A stretch of 64,000 bases of DNA from Mytilus californianus (lineage: Eukaryota). The notes under the pieces were generated by a model. The model worked only from the letters and a program-made list of their open reading frames with translations, ran no database searches and was not told where the DNA came from. A program made the translations under genes and the position numbers. The DNA is taken from contig NW_026262734.1 of assembly GCF_021869535.1 (NCBI RefSeq), positions 27,156,001 to 27,220,000 of the forward strand, read 5' to 3'. Positions 24,568 to 38,074 of this stretch are shown here, in pieces. The number at the start of each line of letters is the position of its first letter. Position 1 is the first letter of the stretch.

Positions 24568-26289
24568 CATTATAATTGTGAAGTTAAAATTGGTTTAATT
24601 CTAGATCTGTTTTCTCCTGACAATCTTTTTACAATAAAACCTTCTAAACTAGAACACAGTCTAGACTCACAACTTTGTTTGGATAAGACAAAGTAGGCAG
24701 TTTTCTCTGGAAAAATTACAACTTTGTAATAAAGTAATTATCAGTGTAACTATAGGTCAGCATACAGCTTTGATTGATGAGCAAAAATCGACTGCATAAT
24801 AAGCTATTAAAGACCACGAAAAGGCAAATATAAAACAATTCAATCGAGAAAACCAAAGATTTATGCATAAAACAAAAAACAAATATGACAGTAGCCAATG
24901 ACAACCACTAAAATCATACATTTACTTTAGTTTAGATAGCTTTTCAGTAATATTAACCTTATACGATTCTCTACCACTTAATGGTGTGTGCAACTATGGC
25001 ATATAATGTTATCCATGTCATCATGTTCTAGAATACAGCCCATACAAACATGCTTCTATGTCATTTGGTCTCTGATGGAAAGTTGTCTCATTGGTAATTA
25101 TACAACATCTTCTTATTATACACCTATTTATAGGACGTATTATGGTATACCATTGTCCGTCTGTCCGTCCATTGTCAACATGTTGGACAATAACTCAGAA
25201 ACGCTTTGAGCATTTTTCATGAAACTTTGGTGAATTGTTTATATCTATTGACGTGAGCTCCCTTTCGATTTTTAATAATTTTAGATTTTAGGTTTCTGAG
25301 TTATGAGGTTTTATTCATTAAAAAAGGGGAATTTTCCAGTTCTTTATTTTTATATTGGCAATCATACCACATTATATTGAAAAAAATGTGAGTTTTATTT
25401 ATCTTTGAAAGTTACAATGATTACCTACTAATTATGTTTGTGTTTTTTCTGTTCTCTTAGATAATATATATGAAAATTAAAGTCTTTTTGGCCTTTTATT
25501 TTAAGTACCACTGATAAGTCTTAGGTCGACCAAATATCGTATATCGGGTTTTTTTTCGCTTGTGTTCAATTTTCAATTTTTTAGCTAGCTAAAGAAACGC
25601 GAAAATTTTACCCTGCGTAAATTTCCTTGCTTATACCAATATTATTAAAATTTGAAAGTTTTACACGTTATAATGTTAATTATGGAGTCTTTTGTGTTGT
25701 TCAACAGATCATAAGAATGAGCATACTTAATTAAAATCTTTGTTTTCATAATAATTAAATTGGCTTAACATACGTTTCAAACCTTATGACAACACAGCAA
25801 TCAGATGCTAATAATTGACGAGCTATTGTATTGATATATGTCATATCCCAAACAATTGGCATTTAATGTAAAAATATAATAAAATTAATCACATTTACAC
25901 GGATATTTGTATATCTGTATTCATCGAAACCTTAAATTTTTAGCATGTCTCAATGTGAATAATTTACGTTCCTTAAAATTTCTCTAAATTGTGTACTTTC
26001 GTTTGGTTTACTCGTATATATTTGTGATGATTACCTGTCAGTCAATCAATTTTGTGTTACTTGCATCTTTAACAATGCGATACAGTTATATTTTCGCGTG
26101 TATTTTCCCATTCAGCGAAAATTATACAGTGAAAATTTACCCTGCCCATTTTGTCATGAAATCGTGAAAAAAAGCAGATGCAAAAAAAAAACGATATACG
26201 GTATGTATATGCGGTACTTAATACAATTATAAGCCAGGGATCTAAGGAACTTTGGTGAGTTTTTCATATATTCCTATTGTGTATATAAT

Positions 26290-26563
26290 TTGGTCTATAG
26301 TTTAAATAGATAGTGGTTGTGGAACCCATAGGCCAGCATGTGGTAGGTGGGTTCAATCCTATCTTATCAATTGACCCAGCATGTGGCAGGTGGGTTCAAT
26401 CCTATCTTATCAACTGACTAGGATTGTGTTTTCCTGCCGACAATTAGATGGTTCCTTCCTTGCACTCTGCCTTGCTCTACCAACAAAAATGGACTGCTAT
26501 GAAATAGCCATTAGTGCTGAAAGTGGTGTTAAACACCAATTAATCAAATCAAATCTTACATAT
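26290..26563 (+). mobile_element. Degenerate SINE with a duplicated B-box segment
   Basis: GGTTCAATCC occurs twice (~48-bp direct repeat). Tail GCTGAAAGTGGTGTTAAACACCAATTAATCAAATCAAATC is also seen at ~10920-10957. Confidence 0.55.
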
Positions 26564-28274
26564 GATATATATAAAATGGTACCCATTTGGATTTCTTGTA
26601 ATTTAATCAGTTTATTTGAAATACACGTATCAGTTTTACATAATAAGCAATAATTAAATTTTAATGACCCATATTTCATTTAGGATATTTTGATTCATTC
26701 TTCATTTTTGTCCCAACAAAAGTGTTTTGATATTTTTATTAAAGGTAACTGTTGTAATTGCTATCTATTGAAATTGTGAAAAAAACAGCAGTTGATTCAT
26801 ATCATTTATTAATGATGGAAATAAATAAAGCACTCTTTGTACAAATACAATTATATATATAACATGAAATTTAAAATTAGAAAATTACTTTTTGCATGAC
26901 AATCCTTTTAATTTACATGTACATATTTTGCTTATCAAATTTTTTTTAAAGTCAATTGTTACTCTTTTTAATACACACATACAATTCTGACCTATTAACC
27001 TGTCATAACTGTAATATGTTCCTATGTGAAGAACATTTATTTACTGAATACTCAGTATCACTATTTGCATTGAAATCTGTGATTTATCATTCAAACCCAC
27101 AAACATCACTATTTTAGTTAATTGCAGATTTTTTTCCCCTCATTTAATAATAGCATAATTGTCTTGATTAATTTGAATGAAATATCTTAAAAACTCATTT
27201 ATGTTGTGTTTTTAAAAGATAAAGAAGATTTTTGTATTCCATATGTTTAATGATAGCATTCAGTTTATTGTATAATACATAACACTTCATGAGGTAAGGA
27301 ACCTTGTTTTTGATAAGTCTCCAATATATTCCCTTGTGTTAGAAAAAAAATTACAGAATTAAGATTAAGGGGAGTCAATACGGTTTCAGGGGAGATAATT
27401 GTTACTATTTTTTTTATGATGACCTCATTATTATAACAGAATCTTATGTCAGGACTTTAAATCTTGAAAGTTAATAATTGGGGAATACACTTTCTGGTTC
27501 AACTTTTGTGTTTTTTCTGATTTAAAAAAATCATAATGAAAGCCCTCTCATATAAAAATGTAAGAAAAATGACAATTCAAGAAATTTGTAAAACTACTGA
27601 ATAAAGGTAGCCAATTTAGTTTTTTTCATGGAATATGTAAATTCAATCATGTTTTGATGTGAAACAATAGAGCTGACAGGTTATTTATTTTTTTGCTAAT
27701 TTACATTCGTCATAGCTTTAAAAAAAAAAATAGGTTATTTACTTGCTAAAATATCAGGTTTAGAAAATCTTAAAGATGTTTAAAAAATTTAACCAAATCT
27801 ACAAAAACTTCAAATTTTTAGCCTCAGTTTTCTTGAAGACAAGTGCTGTGGCCTATGTCTTGTATTATGATTTTTCAAAGATGTTATCTTGATCTACAAC
27901 ATCTCTGAAAATGAAAAAAATCACAATCGAATTAGAAAGTATCCTTATGCGGCATGCCTAAAGAAATTAAAACATACATAAAATAAAAGATGCTAATTAA
28001 GAAATGACAATTTATATAATGCTGTTTGCTTATCTTAAATAAGAACTTTATTAGATATATATATCTAGAAAATAAATAATGGATAATCTGTACATCTATC
28101 TAAAGTAAAAACTGAGATGTAGATTTCCATCAAATAAAGAAAAAACGAAAATGATTAGAAGAGTAAAAGATATTTATATATATTGTTTGATTTTAGTTCA
28201 ACTCACAACCATACACAATATCAAACACAATGTCATACATACAAATAATTTGAAATACAGCAGGTCATCTTTCA

Positions 28275-29138
28275 TTTTTATACAACCGCAAAAAATTTTG
28301 GGGTCGTATATTGCTATCATGTCAACGTCGTCCGAAGACATTTGGTTTCCAGACAATAACTTTAGTTTAAGTGTATGGATCTCTATGAAATTTAACCAAA
28401 AGGTTCATTACCACAAAAGGAAGGTTGGGATTGTTTTTGGGGGTGATGGTCCCAACCGTTTAGGAATTGGGGGCCAAAAAGGGGCCCAAAAAAACATTTT
28501 TCTAGTTTCAGGACAATAAATTTTGTATAAGTATTTTGGTTGCTCTGAAATTGTACCACAAGGTTCAATACCACAAGTAGAAGGTTGTGATTCATTTTTA
28601 GGGTAATTGCCCAAACCGTTCAGGAATTAGGGGCCAAAAAGGGTCTAAAACAAGCATTTTTCTAGTTTTCAGACAATGACTTGTGTTTAAGTTTATTGAT
28701 GTCTCTTAAATTGTACCACATTTTACAAAAAGAAAATTTCTTCAAATGTTATTTTTTTGGAAAATGGGGGGGGAGGGAGGTCAATTTTTTTTCCTCAAGA
28801 TTTAAAAAATTGTCAATTTTCCAAAGAAAAATTTGGGGTCACAATTTATTTTGCTAATTCTTTGTATATAGTCTGAAAACAGATTTACTAAGTACAGCAC
28901 AACAGTACAGTGAATTGCACAAAAGCAAGAAATCTTCAATTGAATATAAATTCAAATCATAAAACCAAATTCAAGTTCTTTGACTACATTTATTCTGTGT
29001 CAGAAACCTATAATGTGTCAAATATTTAAGTACAATCAAAATTCAGACCTGTATCAAGCTTGAATATTGTGTCCATTTTTGCCCCAACTGTTCAGTGTTG
29101 GACCTCTGCGGTTGTATCCAGGTATGCTCGGCGAAGCA
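28275..29138 (+). mobile_element. Helentron/DINE-like family 1 copy D (diverged, intergenic)
   Basis: TTTTTATACAACCGCA start, ~160-bp array units, CTGCGGTTGTATCCAGG..GCGAAGCA end. Confidence 0.75.
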
Positions 29139-30130
29139 GTTTATTGTTCTATATTTTAGTGTTTTCTTATATCAACTTGGCAAGAATTATCACACACCTA
29201 ATTTCTATTTGTTTATCATGACTTGAAATAACAGATTATCATCAACCCCATCATATGGTCTCAGTTTGATAGTTGTCTCATTGGCAGTTATACCACATAT
29301 ACTTATTTTATATAACAGATGTTCCCATGAAGTTTTGACATCACAAGAGAAAATGTCTGATGCCACAGAGCAAAAAAGAAAAGTCAATAGGTCAAATGTC
29401 AACATCTTTTATGTATCACTGCATTCATAAATCAAAAATTTGGTGAAATGCTGATTACTTACTTTTGACCTTGAAAACATATGAACCACTGAAGCACACA
29501 AAATAATACTGATAATTGAGATCTCATTGATCTGAGGAGAATAATTTTGTATGGAAGACACTATGTACTTCTTAAAAACCAATATAAAAAATCATTGACT
29601 ATGTTTTGTACTATACTTTATAAGAATTGCAAAACAATATGACCTTAGAAATTGCCTTAACCTTTATCAAAATTAAGTTTTCTTGGCCATATGAATATGT
29701 AACCAGAAATGTTGTAGTCAGGCACTGATTTTGTTGGATTTTACATTTACAACTTTGTTTCATCTATGAAATTAAAGACTAAATTGATATACATTGTGTA
29801 CCATTATGATATCAGCTATCAGTTTTAGAGGGGAAAATCTTTAGTGAAAATAATACATAAATAATTTAGATCTTACTTTCATTTAAGGCTTGGCAATAGA
29901 TTAAATCTCTTTGTTTTCACCTCGAAATCTAATTTCAAGTCAGATTTTAACCTCTAAACTCTAGAAAGATTTTATGTACTGAAGTTATTTGATTTTGCAC
30001 CATTATTAAGTTTTGTGATGTAATACCTTCATTGACATTTACGTAGTTTTATTTTTATCAGTGACTTGTACACAAAAATAATTGAGATAAATTCTCATAG
30101 CATAATATAAGCATGAAATATGACAATATA

Positions 30131-31426
30131 TTACTTTTGTTCAAAATGTTCATTTTTCAATTCTACATAGTCATACACATTAGGGTCTTCATCTTCTTTG
30201 TTTCTCTCATCAGATTTCTGGTCATTGGCGTTCATATTTATATTTTGGTAAGTCAGGTTACTAAAAGCAGACATATCTTTGTCATTTGTTTCATCTTCTG
30301 GTTGATCATAATAAGATTCTTCATCATTGTTATTCTTTATACTTGAGTCTTCAGTTTCATTTCTGTCATTTTCATTTTTAGTATTTGAACACTCACTTTC
30401 CCCTTCAGTCTTTTCATCTGATTTAATACTTTGGGAATTAAAAGTTACATTTTCATATGAACCTCGAACTTGAACTTCACAATCTGTCTCTTTCTGCTCA
30501 AAAGATTCTCCTTTTTGATCATCAGACAATGAATGATTTTCAACTTTTTCTTCGCTATTAGTCGATGAAATGTCCTTTGCACTCTCAAACAAATCTGCCG
30601 ACTCATCATCTTTCAATGTCCCATCTCCTTGCACATAAGTCTGATTTTCCTCACCCAAATGCCCCCTTGTCATCGCTTGGATATGTTCAGAATCTTTGTT
30701 TTGATGATTTTCACTCAATAAACTATTATCAACTAGAAATCGAAGTTTTTGTACATCATCCTCATTGATATTTTCAGCTTTATTTTCATCTTTTTCCAGT
30801 GTCATTTCCTTACTAATGGAAGATTTTTCTGTTTCAATGTCCAGTTCACCTTCCTTACAGTCAATACTTTGTGTACACTGGTCCTCTTCTTCCAAATCTT
30901 TAGATTGTTCATCTTTTTTAATTTCTTCTTTGTTTTCTTCTTTTTCATTTGATTTGTCACTTATTTTATCCGGTGCTTGTTGATCTTGATCAGTTACAGT
31001 TTGAATTATAATTTGTGGTTGATTTACAAGGTGAGATAAACCTTCCTCCGTAGTACTGATTTTAACATCTGAATTTTCAATTACGTTGTCCAAGTTTTGT
31101 GTATTTATTTCTTCATTAAACGTCTTAGATACGGGAGATTTGTTTTCATGTTTACCATTTTCCTCTTCATCTGACATGTCCAATACGTGTTCTCCATATT
31201 TTTCATCTAACTGCTTTTTTGTCATACCACGCTGTTTGTCTTGTTGACGTGATTTTCTAAGAAAGTCAGTGGCACAGAAGGCACCAAGTCCACGATGTGT
31301 TATTAATGGTCTGTTGGTTGGCTGGATTGGTCTTGCTAGCCCAACATTGGGTTTCTTCCATAACTTGACCTTTTCTTCCATTTTCAATCGTTCATTTTCA
31401 GCTTCCTGTAGTCTTTCAGTTGCTTT
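30131..31426 (-). CDS. SWAP70: SWAP70-like exon 9 (end of coiled coil plus acidic tail, stop)
   Basis: TTTTACAG|KATERLQEAE... open frame of 432 codons to TAA at 30131. Confidence 0.9.
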   Translation of the reverse strand, partial: KATERLQEAENERLKMEEKVKLWKKPNVGLARPIQPTNRPLITHRGLGAFCATDFLRKSRQQDKQRGMTKKQLDEKYGEHVLDMSDEEENGKHENKSPVSKTFNEEINTQNLDNVIENSDVKISTTEEGLSHLVNQPQIIIQTVTDQDQQAPDKISDKSNEKEENKEEIKKDEQSKDLEEEDQCTQSIDCKEGELDIETEKSSISKEMTLEKDENKAENINEDDVQKLRFLVDNSLLSENHQNKDSEHIQAMTRGHLGEENQTYVQGDGTLKDDESADLFESAKDISSTNSEEKVENHSLSDDQKGESFEQKETDCEVQVRGSYENVTFNSQSIKSDEKTEGESECSNTKNENDRNETEDSSIKNNNDEESYYDQPEDETNDKDMSAFSNLTYQNINMNANDQKSDERNKEDEDPNVYDYVELKNEHFEQK

Positions 31427-34400
31427 CTGTAAAAAAAATATATATAAGTTGTATGAAAGTGCATAAGGCCAAACAAAAAATATGTGTTTAGGGTTACCAA
31501 TTGAAGAACAATAGTAAGGTTATTTGCATAAAGGCCAAACAAAAAATATTTGTTTAGGATTACCAATTGAAGAACAATAGTAGAGGTTGGGTTGTTTGCA
31601 TAAAGGCCAAAAAGAAATGTTTTCAGGATTACCGCTTACAGAAAAATAGGGTAAGTTGGTATGATTTTTTAAAATTTTTGTTTTGACATCATGACTCTTT
31701 TGTCTTGGCTATTATCACCAAATACAATTGACTAATAGATATTTTATGTTATGAGCAGCATGACAGGTTCAACTAGGTGTTACCTGTTCATCAGTTATTT
31801 ATTTTCAATTCACCCCTTATTTTTTTCAAATATTTACAACAATGTTAGATCCATAATTTTTCGAAGAAAATTATCATCTATTGGAGGCAAGGCATACACT
31901 GCTTTTTCTCTACGAACGGTCATTTCTAGAAACTCTTTTGGAGAGAACCTACCATTTTTAAGGTTCTCAAGGCATTTAATTTTCTTAGAATTAAGTCTGG
32001 AGAAGTTGTCTGTTAAAAATAATTTTGTTTTGATTTAGAACTTAATAGTTAACTGGAATTTCATTTGCACTTATTATGTATCCATATACATGTAACTTGG
32101 AATTCAACTTTAAGAAACAAGTCTTACATAGGTTGATGAGGCTGACAGCTTTTTGGAAAAAATATTGACTTATAATCCAGAAATACAGTATTATCTTGCA
32201 ACTGTCATGGCATCTTAATAAATATATCATAAAGACAAATGGAATGACATTTTAAGTTGCTTATGAAATTTTTTGGTAGATTTTTATAATCTAATAAAAG
32301 CTTCCTATTTGTTACAATATAATTGTTTGAAAATAAACCAATGGTGTTGAACCTGGCTTTTTATAACTCATTATACAGAACCATACCTCTAATTTCTCAG
32401 AAGCTTCAACCCTCTCGTTTTCTAATTCTGACAGTTTCGCTTGAGCTTCTAGTAGAATTTGATCTTTTTCTTCCTTTTGATCTTCTAGCCCTTCCCTCAT
32501 CTCCCGCTCATGTTTAAGTATCTCTTCTTGTTCTCTTTTCAATTTTTCTAATTCTTGTCTTTTTTCACTTTCCTCGTCAAGTAATCTACAGTTTTTAAAG
32601 AGATTACATGTTCAGTGTATAGAAAAGACTAATAAAAATATATTATCACATATTTGGGAGTAGATTTACTTTTTATAAAGTTGTGTTCAAATTGTCAATG
32701 TTTATTTATTCCTCCTATCAGAAATCTGCTTGAAACTAAATGTAATCAACAGTTTTATAATATCTTTTCATCAAACTCAAAGTTGCCAGTTTAATCATTT
32801 TGTACACCAGACTAGGGTTTCTTCTAATAAACAGTTGTTAAATATCACTTTTATTGTTTATATGTTTGGAATCTGAATGTTCATTTGCATTCATCCATAG
32901 CACCTGAGTTTATCATCACCCCCAGTTTTTTGTGGGGTTTCAGATCACCCCCAGTTTTTTGGTGGGTTTTGAGATCACCCCCAATTTTTGGTGGGTTTTG
33001 AGATCACCCCCAGTTTTTGGTGGGTTTTGTGTTGCTTATTCTCTATAGTTTGACTATGTATGGTATTGTTTTGTGGACTTTTGTATTTCTTTTTGACTTG
33101 GGGTTGTCAGATTCTCTTTACATGAATTTTGAATGTCCCCTTGGTATCTTCCTCACCTTATGGTGTTAGTGTAGTGATTTCAGAATTTAAATTGTGCAGA
33201 TACATATAGGCCTACTTTTTAAAAGATCTTATTGAATTTCATAGCAAGCAATTTCTGCAGAAATGTTACCTTTTACCTCCAGGATTGTTCAAAATACAAC
33301 TGAAGTTGCATATTCAATTGTGAGGTCAAGCATGTGTACCCAATGTTTTGTTCTAATAAGATGGCTTTGTTTAAAAAGTGAAAGAAGAGTGTCATGTATT
33401 AGAATACAGGTAAATATATCCTTACTTTGCTTGAAGTCTTCTAACTGTCTCTTCATCTTTCTTTGCCTGTCTTTCTAATTCTAGTAGTTTTTCTAACTCT
33501 GATTTACTAGCCTCTAATTCCAGCAACCTCTGTCTCTCAGCTTCTCGTAGGGCCTCTTGTTCTCTTAGTTGTGCTTCTAATTGTTCCCTTCGCTGTAGGA
33601 GGAAGGAAAAATATTTAAATATAACATAAAGGACATGGCTTCTTAAGTTACACTTTATGGATGATAATGTAATGTGTTTACAGAGCCCTTTAATCATATC
33701 AGTAACTGGCTGCCTAGACATTCCTGGAAGGATTGATATTTTGAAGTTTGAGTGTTTGACACCTATAATAATCTTCAGCTTAACAGTTTGAATAGAATTC
33801 AGAATATGAAGTGCTATTATTTAAACTAGTAGAATACAAAGGAATAACTAAGGAAAATATCAGAAATTTCTATCATCATTATAATGTTTTCCTTTTTACA
33901 AAAAAAAGGTACTTAGTATCAGTTTCAGTAGTATGGATATCTGAAAGATCCTTGATGTATTCAGATGTTCTAGGTGACATCTGAAAGTTTCCTTTAGGAT
34001 TTCTTCTGACATACAAAATTTCATTTAGGGATTATTCAGACATACTAGTGGACATGTCCAGATTTCATTAATTAAGGGTTTCTTCATCCACACTGATTGA
34101 TATCTAAAAGTTGCCTTAGGGTTTCTTCAGAAACGCTTGTTTTGTTACAAGTTAAGGAACCCTTACTCTTTTTTCTTCCTCTAATTCCAGGTTCCTCTGT
34201 CTGAGCATCTCCTCATTCATCTGTTCTCTCTGAAAAATAGAAATTCAATTATGAAGGACTTGTACACTCATTTGCTAAAGTATTTGACTTCATTTCAAAA
34301 TCCTCCTCCCTACTGAAAATCAAATGGTCATCACCTTATTCCTTGTTCCACGTCCTGATTTAATATGGGTTCTCATTACTAATGGTTCCATATGTTTATT

Positions 34401-37400
34401 TTATATTGTGTTCCCATTACTTACTGTTCTACATGTTGATTATTTGGTGTTCCCATTACTAATTGTTCCATATGTTTATTTTATATTGTGTTCCCATTAC
34501 TTACTGTTCTACATGTTGATTATTTGGTGTTCCCATTATGAAATGTTCCATTTGTTGATTTTATATTGTGTTCCCCTTCTAACTGTTCTACATGTTGATT
34601 ATTTGGTGTTCCCATTATGAATTGTTCCATTTGTTGATTTTATATTGTGTTCCCCTTCTAACTGTTCTACATGTTGATTATTTGGTGTTCCCGTTACTAA
34701 CTTTTCCATTTGTTGATGTTATATGATATGTTTCTAGTTACCGTTACAGTGGTTTTAAGTGGTATTTTCTGATATGATATATATATTTAAATGTTTGTTT
34801 GGATATTAACTGTTGATCTTTTATAAGTTCACAATTGCTACCACATCCTTTGTATTACCTGTTTATATCCTTCTTCTGTCTGTCTATGTAAGTCTTCCTC
34901 CTCTTGTCTTTTTCTTTCCTCATTTTCTTTTTCCATCTTGATGATATTTCGTTTCTGTCTGCGCTGTTTAGATAATTCTTTATGATGGTGATAGTGAGGG
35001 TTTTCACAGTTGTCTAAGGCTATCTGTATACCTGCCATACAGATTGAAATTACAGTAGTGAACAAAAGCCATTTTTATACGACCGCAAAAAAATTTTTGT
35101 GGTCGTATATTGGTATGACGTTGTCGTCGTCGTCGTCGTCTGGCGTCGTCCGGCGTCGTCCGAAGACACATTGGTTTTCGCACTCTAACTTTAGTTTAAG
35201 TAAATGGATCTCTATGAAATTTTACCACAAGGTTCAATACCACAAAAGGAAGGTTGGGATTGATTTTGGGGTTATGGTACCAACAGTAAAGGAATTAGGG
35301 GCCAAAAAGGGGCCAAAAATAAGCATTTTTGTAACTTCCAGACATAACTTGTGTGTTAGTGTATGGATCTCTCTGACATTGTACAACAAGGTTCCATATC
35401 ACAAAAGGAATGCTGGGATTGATATTGGGGGTAATTGCCTCAATATTTTAGGAATTAGGGGCCAAAAAAGGGGCAAAAAACAAGCATTTTTCTAGTTTCA
35501 TGACAATAACTTGTGTGTAAGTGTATGGATCTTTCTGAAATTGTACTGTAACAAGGTTCCATATCACAAAGGGAAAGCTGGAATTGAGTTTGGGGGGTAA
35601 TTGCCGAAAAATTTAGGAATTGGGGGCCAAAAAGGGGCCAAAAATAAGCATTTTTCTAGTTTCCAGACAATAACTTGTGTTCAAGTGTATGGATCTCTCT
35701 GAAATTGTACTGCAAGGTACCATTCCACAAAGGGAAGGCTGGGATTGATGATGGGGGTAATTGCCTCAATATTTTAAGAATTAGGGGCCAAAAAGGGGCA
35801 AAAAACAAGCATTTTTCTAGTTTCAGGACAATAACTTGTGTGTAAGTGTATGGATCTTTCTGAAATTGTACTACAAGGTTTCATATCACAAAGGGAAAGC
35901 TGGGTTTGAGTTTGGGGGTAATTGCCCTAAACGTTTAGGAATTTGGGGCCAAAAAGGGTAAAAAAAACGCATTTTTCTAGTTTCCAGACAATAACTTGTG
36001 TTCAAGTGTATGGATCTCTCTGAAATTGTACTGCAAGGTACCATACCACAAAGGGAAGGCTGGGATTGAGTTTGGGGGTGATGAATCATAAGGGGGTTCA
36101 AAAAATTTGGGGGGGGGATTTTTTTTTTTCCTTTTTTTTCTTTTATTCCTTTTTTTTTCTTTTAAAATTTTACATTTTAAGTTGGTTATTTCTGATTTAT
36201 ATTTAAAAGCAAATAATAATGATATGGTTGGAGATACACACCAAACAGGATGTGTAAATTATTATATAATAAGTATTGTGCAATAGCAAGAAATTTTCAA
36301 TTGCACAGTATTGCACAATAGCAAGAAATCTTCAATTGCACAGTATTGCGCAATAGCAAGAAATCTTCAATTGCACAGTATTGCGCAATAGCAAGAAATT
36401 GTCAATTGTACAGTATTGCGCAATAGCAAGAAATATTTAATTGCACAGTATTGTGCAAAAGAAGATACTTCGTATAAATTGCTTATTTCTTGACCAATTT
36501 CAATGGGGTTTTAATTCTTGACTTCTTGGGGTTCTTTAATATGCTGAATCTAACCGTGTATTAAGTTTTTGGATTTTGGGCCCCGTTTTTAAATTGGTCC
36601 ACATTGAGGTCCAAAGGGTCCAAAAATAAACTTTTGTTTGATTTCATCAAAAATTGAATTATTGGGGTTCTTTGATATGCCGAATCTAACCGTGTATTTA
36701 GATTCTTAATTTTTGGTTCCGTTTTCAAATTGGTCTACATTAAGGTCCAAAGGGTCCAAAATTAAACTTAGTTTGATTTTAACAAAAATTTAATTCTTAG
36801 GGTTCTTTGATATTCTGAATCTAAACATGTATTTAGATTTTTGATTATGGGCCCAGTTTTCAAGTTGGTCCAAGTTGGGGTCTAAAATTAAACTTTGTTT
36901 GATTTCAACAAAAATTGAATATATGGGGTTCTTTGATATGCTGAATCTAACCATGTATTTAGAGTTTTGATTTTTGGGCCCCGTTATCAACTTTGTCCAC
37001 ATTGAGGTCAAAAGGGTCCAAAATTAAACTTTGTTTGATTTCATCAAAAATTGAATTCTTGGGGTTCTTTGATATGCTGAATCTAACCATGTATTTAGAT
37101 TTTGGACCATAATAGGTGAATGTCCAATTTAAAATTTTTAAGTTCTTAGACCACATTCATTCTGTGTCAGAAACCTATGCTGTGTCAAATATTTAATCAC
37201 AATCCAAATGCAAAGCTGTATCAAGCTTGAATGTTGTGTCCATACTTGCCCCAACTGTTCAGGGTTCGACCTCTGCGGTCGTATCAAGCTGCGCCCTGCG
37301 GAGCATTTAATTTATTTTAATATGCATCATTGTATTGGTTTTATTTAACTGATTCATTATTCCATATCACTTATGATCATCTGTAATTGTAAAACCTCGG

Positions 37401-38074
37401 TGGTTTGCTGATAGCGAGCTCGCTTTGAGTGCTGGAGGTTGTTTGTTTGATCAACAGCCACTTCAAACTAAAGATATGAAAATTGTAATTTTCTGCTTCT
37501 CCACTAAGCATGTGGCTTTCATGAGTAAGAATAGAGACTGGTCGGCTCGGAGTGAGACTTATAATGTCTGGGTATGGCTACATGTCTTGCTGCAGACTGT
37601 TACCTTGTGAAGTAGCTTGTTAGGGTGTTAATCAAGTACAAAGCCGGGTCAAGTTCATATTCGTATCACATTAACTCATCCTGATATGCATGTAGTATAT
37701 GCCACTGGACATAAAATACCCAGCATTCGTCTGTTATGGTTTCTATAATGTACCAACTACTGAACAAAAAAATGTTCTGTACAGTTTCAACTCCCTTCTG
37801 TTATCCTCTCTTAAATAAACTTACATGAAACCCATTCATTCCTAGTCTTCAAGTCCAAAGCACTCATCTCATATGGTTTCTGTTGTGTATTGAGTACAAA
37901 CAGATTATGTTTCCCACCTTTATCAGGTAATATCTGTAAATAAATTAAAGAATTAAAAGACGCATTTATTTATTTAGAGCTGAAAATTTTAACTTTGAAT
38001 TTAATTGAATGAAGTAAGATGTTAATTTTTTTTTCATATTTTCATTAGGGAGCTACCATTTGATTTTTATGGGG

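Noticed and set aside
30565-31466. Plus-strand ORFs overlapping the last SWAP70-like exon
   Set aside because: Antisense shadows of a biased coding exon (Phe/Ser/Leu-rich).
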